Below are positions 61,801 through 64,000 of a stretch of DNA of 64,000 nucleotides, piece by piece. Positions within the stretch are counted from its first letter, which is position 1, and every line of letters starts with the position of its first letter. Under the pieces are notes generated by a model. That model was given only the letters and a program-made list of their open reading frames with translations. It searched no databases and was not told the origin of the DNA. Made by a program: the position numbers and the translations under genes. The stretch covers positions 310,001-374,000 of the forward strand of contig CP089277.1 in assembly GCA_023920165.1 (NCBI GenBank), read 5' to 3'. The stretch is from Curvularia clavata (lineage: Eukaryota).

Positions 61801-62290
61801 GAACAACCTGCCCATCGATACACGTTACTATCTCGACAACCAACTCGCCAAACCGCTCGGTAGAATCTTCGAACCTATCCTAGGCGAAAAGAAAGCAGCT
61901 TCACTCCTCACTGGTGAGCACACTCGATCCATCTCCGTCACTGCACCCACCATGGGTGGCCTCATGAAGTTTGCGAAAAAGACGCAAACGTGCATGGGTT
62001 GCAAGAAGCCTCTTACCGCCGCGCACGAAAAAGACGGTGCAGTCTGCGAGAACTGTCGGCCTCGTATTCCTGAGCTGTACACAAAGACCCTGACCAAGGT
62101 CAGTGAGTTAGAGGTCCGTTTCTCCCGTCTTTGGACACAGTGTCAGCGTTGTCAAGGAAGTGTTCACTGTGAAGTCATCTGTGCATCGCGGGACTGCCCG
62201 ATCTTCTACATGCGGATGAAGGCGAGGAAAGATGTCGAGGATGCAGGCAAGGAGTTGGTGCGGTTTGACAAGGATGCTGCGCTCTGGTAA
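58844..62290 (+). CDS. POL3: DNA polymerase delta catalytic subunit, 3 exons
   Basis: Exonuclease SFDIEC; PolB motifs [20 protein letters not shown] and YGDTDSVM; C-terminal CysA/CysB. Introns 59237-59288 and 61484-61530. Confidence 0.97.
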
Positions 62291-63691
62291 TGGTCTTTTA
62301 TTCGCTCTGAGAGGAGCGAGGCGTTTTGGTGTTCAATATGTACATGCAGTTGTGCGGTAATGGCAGCATGTGCTGGGTTCAGGAACAATAGCGATGACTA
62401 TTGTATGATTACGTTAGTAAATTCTCTAGTAACATACAACTGCAGCCATTCTAGAGTCTGCAGTTGTTGAAAACACGTGATTTCACAAGCATCGTTTGCA
62501 TGTTAGTGATGGGGTCTCAATTTAACTCGCTTGAGAGCATTGTGACATAGTTTGATCGCGACTGATTCGCTGCACGAGCAATTCAAATACCTCAATATAG
62601 TACAACCACGCAGAAAGTATTTGGTGTCGTTGCTTTTACAGGATGGTTTGTAAGGGCGGCTCAGCTGCAATCTTAATCTAATATCGGTGTATGTTTCACT
62701 GACATTGTCTTTTTCCACGAGCGCAGACTAGGCATGCGCGAACTGTGCTCTGGACGGCAACAACTCAGCTGCCAAGGTGCGATGAACGCCACGCTCAACA
62801 ACAGTTCATAAGCTCCACTTATCAGGAAACTCAATCGAGCTGTGGTGAACATCATTTCCACATCGGCTGTAGCTACAGGAGTTTCAAGTACCGAACTTCC
62901 AGAAGCTCCGTGCCACGGACGTTCCGCTCCGCTGACGTGATATGCGAAAGGAACTTTCCCGTAGATATGGTTTATGGTTTATTGACCGGAGTTTGTGCCG
63001 GCAGAGCGGCCGTTGTCATAGCGTAGCCATAACGCCGATTAATATACCCAAGGCCGTAAATTTTTGTTTTGACAGCATGAATACATACATATGAACTACT
63101 TTGTATGAGGATCGACTCTTCGTATCCAGTTTGGACCCGCGTTATGTAGGTAGAAGTGTGGTGAACGATTAGGAGCTGGCTCGCTGGGGCAGATTTACGT
63201 GTATGCGAACACCCCGGATCGGCGCGGAAACTCCCATGAGTATTTAAGATGAACAGAATGTAAGACCGACATGACTCGTCTACCGGGCTTTCTAATGTTC
63301 TCACGAAGAACTGCCACGTACGCCTGGCATGGGGATGCCCTGGTCCTTGTTTAGCCAAGCGCCAGGTACGGTGGATTGTTTGTGCACAAGGCTGTGGCGT
63401 ATCTTTTGACTTTGTTAATCGTACACTAGATGACTGGAAATTAGAGGTGATCTCTTGGCTGAAGTAAGCTGATGAGTTTCCCTAGGATGCAAAGCTGCTA
63501 AAATATTCGAAGGGATGGGCTTCAGCTAAGTAGCCGTCAGATGCCGGGGCGAAAGTGAGCTTCGGAGAGAATAAAGGGAGCTGCTTCCCAAGGAAGTGTT
63601 TCAATACTCTCGTTTCAATATACGCCTTCTCAACGCGTTTGTTTGACTTAATTTTTTGTTGACGTAATATTGGCTTTCGTGTATCCTAAGC

Positions 63692-64000
63692 ATGAAGCCC
63701 TTCGTTTTAATTGCCGCATTGGCGGCAGGTGTGCAAGCCAATAACAGGTTTGAGCCGCAAAACTTCGACGCCAATGAGGCCTTGATGAACAAGGGTGTTA
63801 ACGTTTCAAACCCTTCAACTGGAATCTCGAACAACTGCCACATAGCAGTAAGTAATTGGCATTAAGTTGCATGATTGGACGACGCTGATACTTCGCCAGT
63901 GCGACACACTCAGGAGACGATTTGGCAACAACAAACTCGTCCTGCCATCTGATGCTGCATATAAGAATTTCACCGATTCCTATTGGTCTGCTCAGCAGCG
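63692..64000 (+). CDS. 5' part of a secreted FAD-linked oxidoreductase (BBE-like), truncated by the window edge
   Basis: Signal peptide MKPFVLIAALAAGVQA; intron ~63848-63899; C..AC..L then YWSAQQ, typical of the N-terminus of fungal FAD-binding oxidases. Confidence 0.7.

Noticed and set aside
62300..63690. Short ORFs between POL3 and the FAD oxidoreductase
   Set aside because: No motifs, coding bias or convincing splice structure; treated as intergenic.

Overview
Gene-dense genomic DNA from a filamentous ascomycete. Short GT-AG introns with CTRAC branch sites and the gene content suggest a Dothideomycete (Pleosporales-like); this is an inference. About 35 protein-coding genes are supported. 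Most are conserved housekeeping genes: MFAP1, Atg22, Xdj1/Ydj1-type DnaJ, mitochondrial GluRS, CSN5, Atg16, mitochondrial IF3, uL4m, mL38, tRNA isopentenyltransferase, external NADH dehydrogenase, Enp1/bystin, Bre2/Ash2 and DNA polymerase delta. Two accessory patches interrupt them. The patch at ~6-14 kb holds an MBD4-like glycosylase, a CorA-like protein, a secreted But2-like protein behind an 18-bp tandem repeat, and decayed kinase and phosphatase relics. The patch at ~27-31 kb holds an ankyrin relic and a 10-Cys secreted protein convergent with a UstYa/DUF3328 oxidase. Other points of note: both enzymes of the fungal thymine-to-uracil salvage route (T7H-like and IDCase-like) lie 15 kb apart, the DnaJ start codon is split by an intron, and the tRNA-IPT has two in-frame ATGs. 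I found no rRNA, tRNA, CRISPR array or intact transposon. All family assignments come from recognising motifs by eye, not from database searches.
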